From Eledone cirrhosa (Eukaryota), in NCBI GenBank assembly GCA_964016885.1, contig OZ024740.1:89032001-89096000 (forward strand): 64,000 nucleotides of DNA, in the 5' to 3' direction. Made by a program: the position numbers and the translations under genes. Of this stretch, positions 38,817-53,862 are shown one piece after another; the stretch's first letter is position 1, and each line of letters starts with the position of its first letter. The notes beneath the pieces were generated by a model that saw only the letters and a program-made list of their open reading frames with translations, was not told the origin of the DNA and ran no database searches.

Positions 38817-40007
38817 TGGCTGCCAACTCGTTTTCGAATACGGCCACTACTTTATATCCATGTAGGAGAACCCATACCGATGCGCTGAACGAGTGTGACT
38901 TTTTAGTCCAGCCAGCAACTTGAAAACTCTGGTACAAACACTACACTTGTGACAATTATTGACACATAATGCTGGGCCCATGGTACCATGTGACGACAAG
39001 TGCAGAGAGATCTCCAGATATAAAGCAATGCCTGTGCTGTGAAGCTTTTATAGTGAGCAAAGGCACTACACAAAGCCAGTCCCACTCTCTTAACCAAGAT
39101 GATATTTACCAAAAAGAAGAACAAGTCAACATCATTGGAAACCATCAGGTTTGCAGGTGTTATCTCAGAGTTTTCCTTCTCCTAGAATTCTGCCTTGACA
39201 AAGCCTAAGGGGTCATCTCTCCCGGTGATTTTGGATGGCCATTGACTCTTAAGAGCTCCTTTGCCCTTTGACAGGTTTTGTTTTTAGTCCTGCAGGATGT
39301 CCAAAGTCACCCTCCTCACCAAGAAACCTTGGTGGGGTTGCCAGTTTAGTCGCCAACGACCCGACCATGGGACAGGTTGTACTGGGATACATGTTACCAG
39401 TAGCACCAACTGGTGACCTGACATACATGGTGGCTACCAACTCGTTTTCGAGTACGGCCACTACTTTATATCCATGTAGGAGAAACCCTACCGATGCGCT
39501 GAACGAGTGTGACGTTTTAGTCCAGCCTGCGACATGAAAACTCTGGTGACAATTATTGACACATAGTGCTGGGCCCATGGTACCATGTGACGACAAGTGC
39601 AGAGAGGTCTCCAGATATAAAGCAATGCCTGTGCCGTGAAGCTTTTATAGTGAGCAAAGGCACGACACAAAGCCAGTCCCACTCTCTTAACCAAGATGAT
39701 ATTTACCAAAAAGAAGAACAAGTCAACATTATTGGATACCATCAGGGTTAAAGGTGTTATATCAGAGTTTTCCTTCTCCTAGAATTCTGCCTTGACAAAG
39801 GCTAAGGGGTCATCTCTTCCCGTGATTTTGGATGGCCATTGACTCTTAAGGGCTCCTTTGCCCTTTGACAGGTTTTATTTTTAGTCCTGCAGGATGTCCA
39901 AAGTCACCCTCTTCACCAAGAAACCTTGGTGGGGTTGCCAGTTTAGTCGCCAACGACCCGATCATGGGACAGGTTGTACTGGGATGCATGTTTCTAGTAG
40001 CACCAAC
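38815..40007 (-). mobile_element. Two tandem ~600-bp copies of an internally deleted RTE-like LINE (5' region fused to a 3' C2H2 zinc-finger end)
   Basis: Units 38815-39422 and 39428-40007; minus strand CSVCTRVFKLLAGLKSHTRSAHR near 38876-38946; ends in simple repeat. Confidence 0.7.
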
Positions 40008-40581
40008 ATAGACATATATATATACCCATATACATACACACAGACATAGATGCCTGTCTACACACATACATACACATGCATATATATACATACATATACG
40101 TAAGGATGCCTACAAACATACAATCAAATGATAATATTCCAATTACGGACTCGTCGTTAGTAGTGGTGGTGGTTGGGTGTAGTGGTTGATAGCGGCGATG
40201 GAGCTGGCGTCTAGTAGTTGGTGGTGTTGATGGTTGGCTGCAGAAGTTGATGGCGGTGATGGTTGGCAGTAGTTGATAATGGCGGTGATGGTCGGTAGTG
40301 GTGCCCGTGGCTTATGGTGATCTTTGTTCTAGTTGATGATGGTAGTGCTTGTTGATGGCAGCAATGATGGCGGCTGTGTGTTGTTGCCAACAGGAGTAGA
40401 GGTTAGGTGCTAATGGTGGTGGTGGCGGTAGCGGTTAGTAGTGGTTAGGTGTTAATGGTGGTGGTAGTGTTAGTGGTTTGTGGCTTCTGATGGTAGTGGT
40501 TAGTAGTGGTTAGGTGTTAATGTGGCTTCTAGTACATACATACATACATACATACATACATACATACATACATACATACAC

Positions 40582-40667
<86 letters not shown>

Positions 40668-40721
40668 ATGTATATACATATATTCATACATATATATGTA
40701 TACTCGACCTCCCGTGATCTA

Positions 40722-40771
<50 letters not shown>

Positions 40772-41620
40772 GACAGGGGGGAAGAAAAAATGGCTTCCTT
40801 GTGCTTTCAACAAATTTATTTTCTTCACAAAATTCAAAAAGAATTTTTCTTAAAAAAATTATTTTATAAATTAAGTTGTTGGTTGTTGGTTAGGTCTTAG
40901 GAGTTCTTGGTTAACGTAGGAGGTATTGTTTCGTTTTTAGAAATACCTTTCACGCTGAGGTGCGCTTGTCAAACTGATGTGTATGTGGTGTGTTGTTCTA
41001 TATATAGGGATTTAACATGTCTGTGGTGTGGTAGGGGTTTCCTTTCTCCCCCTTTAATAAGTGCATGGGTGTAGGTGTGTTGAAAAAGTGTTCATAGCAG
41101 TAATGAGTTGAGACGGTGAGTAGGGTTGGGTGGGGAGAAACTTAGCAAGTCCGGCCTGCCCCGGTCATTCTCGAAAAATTCCTTTATTCAGGGGAAAAAG
41201 CTTTTAGCATCGCTTTTGTGTTGAGAATGGTCACAGGCAAATCGCACCTGTCAAGCTTGTGAATAATTATTTTTTTCCTTTTTTTTCCTGAAGAATTTGT
41301 CTACGTCCATCCCAAAGTTAGTCCTTTGTTCAACACACACATATATATGTGTGCATATATGTACATACACACACGGGCATATGTAGGAATATATAGGCAC
41401 ACACCATCAATCACACACCCCTGTACAAATACATACACAAAAACATATAGAGACACATATAAAAACACACATACACATACGTACACACACGAATATGTAC
41501 ACATACCTCCACATGGGTATATATATATGTACACATATATACACACATACACATATACATACATACATATACATATATATATATAAATATATATACATAC
41601 ACATACACATACACACACAT

Positions 41621-41687
<67 letters not shown>

Positions 41688-41688
41688 T

Positions 41689-41724
<36 letters not shown>

Positions 41725-41907
41725 GAAAAGTGTAATTTTCTCCACAAAACGAAGGTTATAGAGAACATTGAGGTTGGTAATGGCACATGGAATATATTGT
41801 CTTGTTCCATATATATACATATATACATACATATACCTACATACACATACATACATATACACAGATAAAGATACATAACTAAATATACACATATACACAC
41901 ATACACG

Positions 41908-41938
<31 letters not shown>

Positions 41939-42104
41939 GCACGTGTGTACACACACACACACATATACATATGTCCGTATATATACCCCTCCGTTCACAC
42001 ATACATGCATACATACACACACATACACCCATACATCTATATATATATACACACATATAAAGAGAGAGGCATACACACACACACACATACATATATATAT
42101 ATAG

Positions 42105-42170
<66 letters not shown>

Positions 42171-42385
42171 TCAGGTTATCAATAATGTAGTGATAATATA
42201 TCGTTACGTTAGAGATGAACAGCGTACGTGCAGGTTTGCTCAACGAGTATAAATTATATTCCGGAGAAATGTAGAAAGGATGAATATAAAATGAAAGTGC
42301 TTTTGTTAAAAAAGGAATTTATTAGGTATTGACATATGTTTCTGTAACAGACCGAATACCTATGTATCGCTGCTTGCGTAATCAT

Positions 42386-42440
42386 ATAATTGTTTCTACT
42401 ATTGGCACAAGGCCAGCAATTACCCAGTGCATTACTGGTA
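42386..42440 (-). mobile_element. SINE 3' tail fragment abutting PLE family B
   Basis: taattgtttctactattggcacaaggccagcaattacccagtgcattactggta. Confidence 0.8.
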
Positions 42441-42819
42441 ATGCACTGATAATAATAGAAACATTAACCACAGACACAGCAACAGCGACCACAGTAGTAA
42501 TAACGGTAACAATACGAACAACAACAACAATAACCACAGTGGTAATAATGGAAATAGTACATGTAGCAACATCAATGATAGACACAACAAAAACAAGAAA
42601 CATAATAAAAGTAACAACCACATTGGTAGAAATAACAGTAACAACAACAACAATAACGGTGAAATAAACAACAATACATCTAGCAATCATAACAATAATA
42701 ATAATGCTAATGATAGAAACAACAACAACCACCCTGATAACAATAATAGCAACACACACAACTATGACGATAGATATAATGAGAAACTATTTTTCAACCC
42801 AGCTGACAAAACATATAAG

Positions 42820-45133
42820 ATGGGTAATATCTATCCTACGAGGTTACCCTTTAATAAAAGAGTTTGCATACCACAACAAATAGATGACGAGACAGAGGCA
42901 CAGTTCACCATAGCTAGAAATAAGATTAGACAAATAGTAGACAGGTATACTAAGAGACAGAGCAGACCAGAGGCCCAACAACTTGGGAGGAAACCTGTAG
43001 AAGGCTTGGTTAGCCTCAAGCAGCGCATAAGGGATGGTGAGGTAGTGTGTCTACCCACGGATAAGTTTGGTAGGATGTCAATAGATAGCATGCCGAACTA
43101 CATCGAGGCTATGCAAACCCACATCACCAACAGGAGCGAAATTGCACAACAAACACACGATGGGAGAGAAAAAATCATCAACGCTCACATGATGATGTGG
43201 ACTGACATCCTAAAGCCAAGCAGACGCACTGCCAACAACTTCCAGGCGTCTAACAATGGCATACCACCCTTGTATGGGCTCCGCAAAGACTACAAGACAG
43301 TCGACGACCCGACAACAGGACCACCAACAAGACCCGTATGCGGAGCTAATATAGCTAGCAACTACAGGATCTCCTACTTCCTCTCAATGGTTATACGCAC
43401 CATAATCAAGATGTCCTCAGATGTATGTGACAGTACAGAGGACCTCCTCAGCAGAATCAGTGAGTGCAACAAAAACAAGAGCCTATCCAACTGCATAATA
43501 GGCAGCATGGATGTGGTGTCACTGTACCCATCCATTGACATTGATTTTGCTGTGAAAAGATGTGTGGAGATGATCATTGAGAGTGAGGTGGAGTTCTGCG
43601 ACGTCGACACAGACGAACTGGGCCTCCTACTTAGACTTACCTACGACACTGACTACCTAGACAGCCATGACCTTAGATGTTTCTGCCCTAGTAGAGCTAT
43701 AAAAGGTAGACCCCCCACCATAACCTCCATGGCAAAAAAGACTCCCATGGGAAGGTGGATTGGGTGGACCAAAGCTATACGGACCCCCCAAAACAATGAT
43801 CAGGTAAGAAAAATGGTCGCACATGCAATAGGGGCTAGTATCAAAACTACCCTAAAGGACCACATATTTAAGTTCAACGAGAAGATCTGATGTTGCCAAC
43901 CTTTTCATGGTATGGTGGGAAAGGAGACTTAAAGATCTCCTTAATGAAAGCTCCATAAACCTCATCATGTACTCTCGTTATGTAGACGATATCAATATAG
44001 TTATAAGAACACCCCCACTAGAGAGCACTAACATGTTTGATTTAGAACGTAGCACGATGGAAAGCATCCAGCAAATAGCTAATTCCATACACCAGAGTAT
44101 AACTGTAACTATCGACTTCCCTTCCAAACACCCTAACAATAGACTACCTGTATTAGACACATAACTCTGGATTAACACTATAGACGAGAGAGCCCAAATT
44201 CTCCACTCACACTATGCTAAACCCATGGCCTCCAAATTCCTGATACTCAAAAGCTCAGCAATGTCCAGTAGTGCTAATTTTAATATTCTGATCGCAGATT
44301 TGGTACGAGTGATGAAGAATGTGTCCCGCATGTGCGACCCAACAGAAATGGAAAGACACATCCAACACTTCATCAACCGCATGCAGTTCACTGGCTACAA
44401 CCAAAGAGACAGAGTCAGAGTATACGAAGGAGCCATGGAAAAGTATAAGACCCTCATAGAACTGGACATGAAAGGAATTTGCCCATTATACAGGAGCAAA
44501 TCATGGAATAGCTTAGATAGGGCTAGACATACGATAGGGAATGCCACCTCATGGTACGACAACCAGAGATACCAGAGTGTCATGTTTGTGGACGCCACTC
44601 CTGGAGGAAAATTAGCTAACCAGTGTAGAAAGGCCCTGAGAAAGACCCACTTAAAAATAAAGGTGGTAGAAAAGCCAGGAACCACCATAAAATCCCTGAT
44701 CAGCAAAACCTACCCTTTTAAGAAAACCCACTGTACCAATAGGAAAAGTATCATATGTAAGGTGAACCCCCGGATAAACTGTAAAACTAGAAACGTAGTC
44801 TATATCATAAGATGTACAGAGGGTACTTGCAGAAACATGACAACAACATACATAGGTGAGACAGCTCGAAGCATAGGTGAAAGGATAGACCAACACTGGG
44901 CGGAACTAAAAGGACGAAAAAACGGGTCAGTAGTATACGAACATGCTAGACAACATGACGGTAACATAGACAACATAGAAATTAGAATAATATCTAAACA
45001 TAGAAATGACCCAGCTGATAGGCAAATCAGAGAGGCCAGTGAAATAGAAATTAGAAGACCAAAGCTAAACAGAAAGAATGAATGGAATAACAACAACACC
45101 CAAACAAACAACACTGACCTAAGAGAAGTATAA
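42820..45133 (+). pseudogene. PLE family B RT and GIY-YIG ORF (deletion/frameshift at ~43888 removing the QxxGAAIG motif; TAA at 44162)
   Basis: GSMDVVSLYPSID, YSRYVDD, LPVLDT*LW, NCKTRNVVYIIRC...YIGETARSIGER...PKLNRKNEW. Confidence 0.9.
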
Positions 45134-45373
45134 ATAAGTAAATAAAATTAATTAAAATAAGATAAATAAATACATACACAAGCACAATAACAACAAGCAC
45201 ATACACACACACTAGTCACCCATCACACAGCAAACATAACACTATACACACACGCAAACGCATGCGCAAAGAAGACAAAATAAAATATACAAACAAGCAA
45301 ATAAATAAATAAATATATAGACAGACTGAATAAAAATGGCGTAGACATACAACACAACAGGGGGAAAATATAA

Positions 45374-45417
45374 CACCACTGACGATGTTGCAGATGTGCA
45401 ACGAAAGATTTATGATA
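45374..45417 (+). ncRNA. Minimal hammerhead ribozyme in family B pLTR
   Basis: ACCA-CTGACGA-T-GTTGCA GATG TGCAAC-GAAA-GATT-TA-TGAT; stem I has a mismatch. Confidence 0.72.
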
Positions 45418-45615
45418 AACTATATATATGTGTTTGTGTCTATATTGTATCTGTATTATTTTTGACCGTCGGTCAGTCAATGGCAACATTGAGGACCGAG
45501 TAAGTTAGATCGCAGATATAAAAGACAGCGAGAACCGAAAACCAAACAAACAGTGAGTGTGTTCTGTTATTAATTCTGGCAATATTACACAAATATGACC
45601 CTCCCCAAGTATAAC

Positions 45616-45657
<42 letters not shown>

Positions 45658-45664
45658 CAAATAC

Positions 45665-45695
<31 letters not shown>

Positions 45696-46032
45696 GTTAT
45701 CTAGCGCACATCTCACGGTGTGTGGATACGTCTGTCTCTCCCCGTTCACGATTTGCTCGAACTTAAGTTCACATATATCACGGACATCTTTCTCATCTTC
45801 CTCTCTTTCCATTGCATTACCATCTCTGTTTACACGTCTCACTTTCTCACCCAATTCTACTTGTCCCAATAACTTTTTTTAGTTATTGCTCGCATCGCCG
45901 GAGGTATATGGTCTTTAATGCGAAGAAATACCGATGATGCCTGGAAGATCACTGATGACGGACAGTCCTGTCTTCTTGCTCTAATTTTATTCATATGTAT
46001 CTCATTTGCAACAACGCACCACGTATATCTTG

Positions 46033-46868
<836 letters not shown>

Positions 46869-47125
46869 CCAAAGGGATATTTAATGTGTTGGTAATTCAA
46901 CATATATAAATGTGTTTATAACTGATTCGAAGCACTCGACATTTTTCAGGAATATAATATTCTAACCAGAAAATCTTGAACCGTTAAGATCTTCTTCCTG
47001 GATATCTATAAAATAAACTGTGTATGTTATCTGATGAGTGCGTACCAAAGTTTCGGTGCCTTGAAATATACAGAATAGAATAAATATGGTTTTATAGATA
47101 TAGTCTCCATCTATTTAATATCATT

Positions 47126-47158
<33 letters not shown>

Positions 47159-47165
47159 AGGAGAT

Positions 47166-47196
<31 letters not shown>

Positions 47197-47244
47197 TATA
47201 GATAGATATAGACAAACACACACACATGTATATACATATATATA

Positions 47245-47570
47245 TAAATGGAGTCACTCCATCGGTTACGAAGACAAGTGTTTCAGTTGATTTATCAACT
47301 CAACAGCCTTTATTATGAACATAACGTGCAACTGGCAGATCATTCCAAAGACACGAGTACCCTTTACCTAGTTATCAGGCAGATTCACTGCGAAACAGTG
47401 AATGTCAATACGTGACCTTGAAATTACAGGTATAACTCATTTTGCCCGCTGTGTGGACTGGAAGAAGGTAAAATAAAGTGTTTGGCAGAAGGGCACAAAG
47501 CACTGTCGGTATTCTAACTCATGACCTTGCGATTGTGAGCCGAATACATACATTAACCAAGCGCTTTCAC
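47245..47570 (-). mobile_element. tRNA-derived SINE (third family, diverged)
   Basis: Minus strand starts gaaagcgcttggttaatg...catgagttagaataccgac...tgtgcccttctgccaaacactttattttacc; tRNA-like head plus conserved core. Confidence 0.65.
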
Positions 47571-48051
47571 ACACATAAATGCACATATACACAAACAAAC
47601 ACAAATATATGAACAAAGAGAGAGACACCCTATAGTTAGAAACATATAAACACGCACTCACACACATATATATATATATGTGTGTGTGTTCGGATCTAGC
47701 TATCGAAAAGGCCGGAGCTTAGCCGTCAGGGTATTGACTCTTATCCTAGAGGAATAACAACACATTCAGGAGCTGGACATATCGATGTATTGACGGAGTA
47801 AAACACACTTCAACAACATGTGTACTGTCTTTCCCACACAATTTCGGGTTGCCTGAAGAGCTCACAGCCAATGATCAGCTGTCACCGAAATATATATAGC
47901 AGTATATCTATAATTTATAATAAACGAAGCCACATTTTACATATTTGACTTAATTATTTTACATTACTCCTGAGTAAACAAACCAACCTGCCTACTTCGT
48001 CGAGTGCTCCAATCTGCATACTGAGGTGTCGGTAAACAACCAACATATTCT

Positions 48052-48086
<35 letters not shown>

Positions 48087-48130
48087 CAAATAAGTATGTT
48101 TTGAAACAGCGAGCAAATTTGAAATTTGAA

Positions 48131-48332
48131 ATTAGAAAATAGAAGATTTCACCGTATATTTTTACTAAAGAAATTTTAACCTGATAGTGGAGTTTAGAAC
48201 CCTCAGAGAAATGGTAAAAGATGAGAATTGACGTACATGTACGTCAATACTGATGTTTTTCCATTTCTCTGACGGTTCTAAACCCACTATCAGGCTAAAA
48301 TTTATTGAGTCAAAAAATACGGTGAAAGCTTC

Positions 48333-48342
<10 letters not shown>
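48131..48342. repeat. Spacerless palindrome with ~105-bp diverged arms
   Basis: Centre ttgacgtacatgtacgtcaa; ends attagaaaatagaag / cttctattttctaat; (TA)n on the right. Confidence 0.85.
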
Positions 48343-48407
<65 letters not shown>

Positions 48408-48937
48408 ATACACAGCCACTTTACTGTGAAAACCAATATTAGAATATTTTTCTTTTGTCAAAATTTACCCCACCCACCCCCACCTCAATAAAACATTAAA
48501 CAATTCCCACTAACTCTACATACCGCTACATGCATCACTCTCTGTCACTAGACAAACATTCTCCCTCTCTCTATACCCCACTACATACCTCACTCTCTCG
48601 TTCACTCTTACAATTACCCCTGTCGCACTAGATGAACAAATTAACCCCCCTATAAACCAGTACATACAAAGATGAAACAACAAAGATGTTCATCTTTTGT
48701 AAAGAACGAACACGTTCTCCATCCGCTACTCCACCGTTTGAGCCCCTGGGGTGTGAAGGATATCTTTCTTTTTTAGTGGTGTGCTTGTTTTTGAATTGTT
48801 TGACGGGGGTTTAAAATGTGTGGTGGGGTGGGTTGTTTTGTGCTGAGTTGGTAGTAGTGTGATGGTGGTGGTGAAGTGATGGTGGTGGTAGTGTGATGTT
48901 GTTGGTGATGTTTGTTTATTTTGAATCGATCTATGAA

Positions 48938-49545
<608 letters not shown>

Positions 49546-50859
49546 TACTCGTATAATAGCAATGTTGACTGGCTAGTCAAGAGAAAAAACACGGGCGTTC
49601 CATACCCTGCGGGAGATTTCGAAAATCGGTTAGTTCGACCATGTTTGGTTGGATTTTCTTTCGGAAGCGCTTTAAAATTGTACTAGTCGCTCATACGTTA
49701 CATGTTCCCACTCCAAGGGGGTAGTTCTCTTTAATATTTTTATGTCTCTAGTGTCATTTGCAGCATCATGAATAGCACTTTAATCCTAATCGCAGCTCAA
49801 CTGTGTTTATATTTGGCAGGGAGTATTCTCTGACGTCTTGTGTGTGGTGTGTGCTTTTTCAGTTTTTTGTTTGTGTATGTGTGTTTCCTATTCTCCTACT
49901 TCGAGCAGGATAGCAGAATTATTTTTGGTGCAAAGGGAACATATGGTATCAGTACTGGCCCTCAAGGATTGAGACTCCACAATACTTGCGCCTTTTGCCC
50001 AAATATTTGATTTTATATTCTAAATTGCACTCCACCAACCAAAAAGAAAATGTTTACAAACTGATGCAAATAAATCCCCTCAGCGTCCCTTCAACAGCCA
50101 ACATAATGGCTATGGTACCAGAATCACCACAACTATCACCAATCCCACGATAATAATAAAACACATTTCTGAAGTTTTTGAAAACTCAAAATGTTTAGTC
50201 CAAATATCAACAAGTCAGATGTCAAGCTCTATACTAGATATTAGTAGCAAGCCATATAGCTACAGTATACAGTACAGGCAGAACACAAACACAACTCCCA
50301 ACAGACAAGAACAAATACAACAATAATATTTTGCTGAAATGGTTAAACAATTTCGCCGAGACAAACACATATATATAAAGAGCAGCAAAAAGAATAATAA
50401 CAACTCCATCACTACATACACCACTATTCCATCACCTCTGCCACCACCATTACTTCGCCACCACCACTACCACCATTATTCAATCGTAACAACCCCATCA
50501 GCAACTCCACTTCTACTCCATCACTACCATCGTCGCCACTACAGCGTCACTACAAACGTATTTGAAAGAATACCGCTACTTGTTCCGAAAAAAAAAAGAT
50601 AAAGGGAATGGAAAAGGAGAAACAAACCTGGAGAAACTCTTGACTACTTCTATCTACTCTAACCATGATTAATCGAGTAACAACAGCTACAACAACAACA
50701 GCTCAACAGCCACCATCACCACTACCATTAAAGCAAACATTAACATTTCGCGTAAAACATATCAATGATAATTTCTTTAATCCTGATAATTATAATAATT
50801 CCTTTCTTCTTACTATATTTATTAATAGAAATAATAATTTAACTGTAGAGAATTGCATT

Positions 50860-52270
50860 AGGCTCTCAACCCTTACCCAGGTTTTGTTTTATTGTGAGCG
50901 GTGCGTGGTTTCGAAATGCTGGGATGGTGGCCAAAGCTGATAAAACCACCTCAAATAGGGCCTCTCCAATATTCTTTATGCGAACCTGCCTAAATGAATA
51001 TATACTCCATGCCAGGAAGGATAAAACATAATTTATAAGTTCAAAATGCCTAAACCTTCAACATTATATCACATCGCCCACCACTTAGGGTAGCAGGGGA
51101 ATCATTCCTAATGATAAAACTGGCTTGTATCGAAAAGTTGACAACTGGAGAAACCTCCTCATTTAACAATTCAACAGGTCACCGGAACTGAGAAATAACC
51201 AACTTGGGACCAGTAGAACAAATACTTACACAGAACATGATCCAGTGTATTCATGATCTCGCATATTCAACCATATATGAGTGTCAGAGTGGCTCCACTA
51301 TAACTGGCCTCGGGGCAAATAACTGGTCCTCTGCTTGAAACGGAAGGGAGACAAACTGGTCTCCAGTAATCACAGGGCATCACCATTCTATCCATCCCAA
51401 GCAAACTCTTCACCAAGATCCTTGTAAACCGTGCTCTTCGAACCATTAGAAGGAGATGTCACAGATAACACGCCAGATTCATGCCCAATTGATCTATCAC
51501 CAACCAAATCTCTCTATTCGTCTCAATATTGAAAGATCTCGGGAGTTTCCCAGATATCGTCACCTCTATGTTGCCTCACGGCAGTTTTCGTCAATCCCAA
51601 GGCAGCATTCGACATTCTCTATCACACATCCCTCTAGAAAATGGTCAAGGTCACCAGCGCGCCTTGCAAGTTTAACACTCTGTTCCAACGGCGCTACAGC
51701 AATTCCAAAAATTGCGTGCGGATGAACGGGAAGGACTCTGACTAGTTCCCCATCAACAGCGGGTTCAGACAGAGCAGCGGAGATGCCACCGACCTCTGTA
51801 ACTTCGTTTTCATCGACAATCGGAAGACCAAGGTCTGTGAGCGAGTTTATGGCATTACTTTCGGGAACTACTATCTTACCCTCCTACGGCACCACCCTAT
51901 TCAGCATCTCGATCGATTAGGTCAAGTAAGCACTGTCCATATACCGAGAGGAATCAACTAAGCATGTACTTCAGGTGAGCTGGGCGAAGACCAAGCTGAT
52001 GCATGTCGATGATGGGCCGGATCCGCCCCCGTTTCCTATCGGCCCTGACATCTTAGAATTTGTCACCTTCTTCATTTACCTGAGCTCGACAATCAGCAAC
52101 AATCGACACGTGTTCCCGCATATCAACAGTATTGTTTGGGGTCATTAACTCCCCATGGAATCCCTTTGGTGCACTGCTCTATCTTCCGGAAGAAAATCTG
52201 CAACGCATAAATCCACTCTGTTTTTTTCTATGAAGCAGAAACGTGGCCCCTCCCAAAGTCCCTGGGATGA
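50860..52270 (+). mobile_element. Decayed RTE-clade LINE RT
   Basis: GITILSIPSKLFTKIL (~51375), FVNPKAAFD (~51590), FPINSG.RQ (~51745), VSWAKTKLM (~51975), EFVTFFIYLSSTIS (~52056). Confidence 0.7.
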
Positions 52271-52399
52271 TCAGTATGAGAAAAATACAAACACTTTGAT
52301 AATGAAAAAAAAGAAGAAAACAAAAATAGAAACGTATGAGAAGTGAAATTAAAGAGGTATAATGAAAAAAAACACTAGTAATGATTATTAACAATAACA

Positions 52400-52990
52400 T
52401 TCTAGAACAAAAAGAAAAATAATAAAATAAATAATAAGAACGATCCCGCATTTATGTCATCTCCATTTTGGGTAATTTGCTACGCTTCATCAGAAGAGTG
52501 GATTATTCTGATATATAAAAGCTTAGTTTTCTAGTCATACATTCTGCCGGCCAAAATGAATGAGTAGAGATACGTTGGTATATCAACCACGTTGATATCC
52601 CAATGTAATCCACATGTCAGACGATTTTCCTATCGATTGCCGTAAACGAAGACTGCTCGGGTTTTCAGGAAAATCTGTCTAGCAATATGATTCCTTTGAC
52701 ACATCTATATACATATACTTATCTTTCTCGGAGGTAGCTGAATCATTCATGCACTTTATAACTGTCCGTCGGTACAAACCTACAAATAAGCAATGCACTG
52801 AAACTGAATATATGCGGGTTCATCTCCCTGTGGTCAGCTTATACCATTTCAGCTGGTACCAGTTTTTACACGACTATCTCTATAGATTCTATCATGACCA
52901 GTTTATGTTCCACTGTTACAATACCAGAACAAGTTTTCTGATAGTCCCAGACTTGAAATTCACTTAGAAATTCATTCAAATTGTATTCAT
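52400..52990 (-). pseudogene. Possible decayed PLE linker/GIY-YIG end with HHR remnant near 52440-52495
   Basis: Minus strand C..F..T..Y...Y.ID....C and YIG-like remnants, then CTGATGAAGCG...GATCGTT. Confidence 0.35.
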
Positions 52991-53704
52991 CGACACATAC
53001 AATTGTTACTACATTATTAACCCTCATGCACTCAAAGAATCCATAATTTATTGTAAAGATTGACGTTCAGTAACCACCTTATCCAAATAGGAGTGTCCGC
53101 TATCTTCCGTGCGCATTCATGGTATGATTACAATAGCAGTATTAACAGCAATATTTAGAGCCAGAGGATACAGACAACTATAAAAGAGTGAAAAAAAACG
53201 TATGTTAAAATCGAAAATAACAATAATGAAATATAGAAATAAACAAATGTGAATACTAATCCATGTCCTCATATTTAGCCCCCCTACGTGTCAACACAAT
53301 GGACTATATTCCTAAATATTCTCAAACCTTATTCCGGCATCGAAAGACAACTTCTCTTCCCCTAGCTATAACAATGAGGTCATAAATAACCTCTGACTCA
53401 TATCTCAACACACTCAAACATAAATGCCAAAAATAAAAAAAACGCGAGTGGAATCTGTTCGACAAGAAACATATCGAAGGCATGCATAATAAACATTATA
53501 CCTATTTTCAGCAACATAATTGCAGATTTTATAAAGAAAATACAGCATTACTCACACAATGAAACATTCCAGTCTGATAAATACCACATAAAACATCCCA
53601 AAATATATTAAAATCGCACGCAACATGAAGAATATAAATCATAGAAGAAACAGAAAACTGATAAATTGAAAGGGATCTTGAATAAGGTACGCCTATATAC
53701 ACAA

Positions 53705-53862
53705 GGAAGCGGCAAATTTGCAGAGCCGTTAGAACGTAGGATAGAATTATTTATGGTATTAGTTCCGGCTCACTACTCTCTGAGTTCAAATCTCGCCGAG
53801 GTCAACTTTGCCTTTCATCCTTTCGAGGTTGATAAAAATTATCAGTCAAGTAATTGGGTCGA
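53705..53862 (+). mobile_element. tRNA-derived SINE (diverged)
   Basis: gagttcaaatctcgccgaggtcaactttgcctttcatcctttcgaggttgataaa. Confidence 0.8.

Larger units (their letters stand above)
42449..45615 (+). mobile_element. Penelope-like retroelement family B (5'-truncated, RT-GIY-YIG, 3' pLTR)
   Basis: Protein colinear with family A but diverged; pLTR with HHR; ends atgaccctccccaagtataac(TA)n. Confidence 0.93.

Noticed and set aside
39335-39420. HDV-like ribozyme in the RTE-like 5' region (CCAGT/ACTGG, GTCG/CGAC, CTAA)
   Set aside because: P1 and a proper P3/L3 could not be built by eye, and CCAGTA pairs better with upstream TACTGG; needs a descriptor search
43888-43890. In-frame TGA in family B RT as selenocysteine
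   Set aside because: It is created by a deletion that removes the QxxGAAIG motif, and the protein resumes in another frame (DVANLFMVWW)
45928-45970. CTGATGA-CGGACAGTCC (related copy at ~14790) as an HHR
   Set aside because: The GAAA box and stems I and III are missing in both copies
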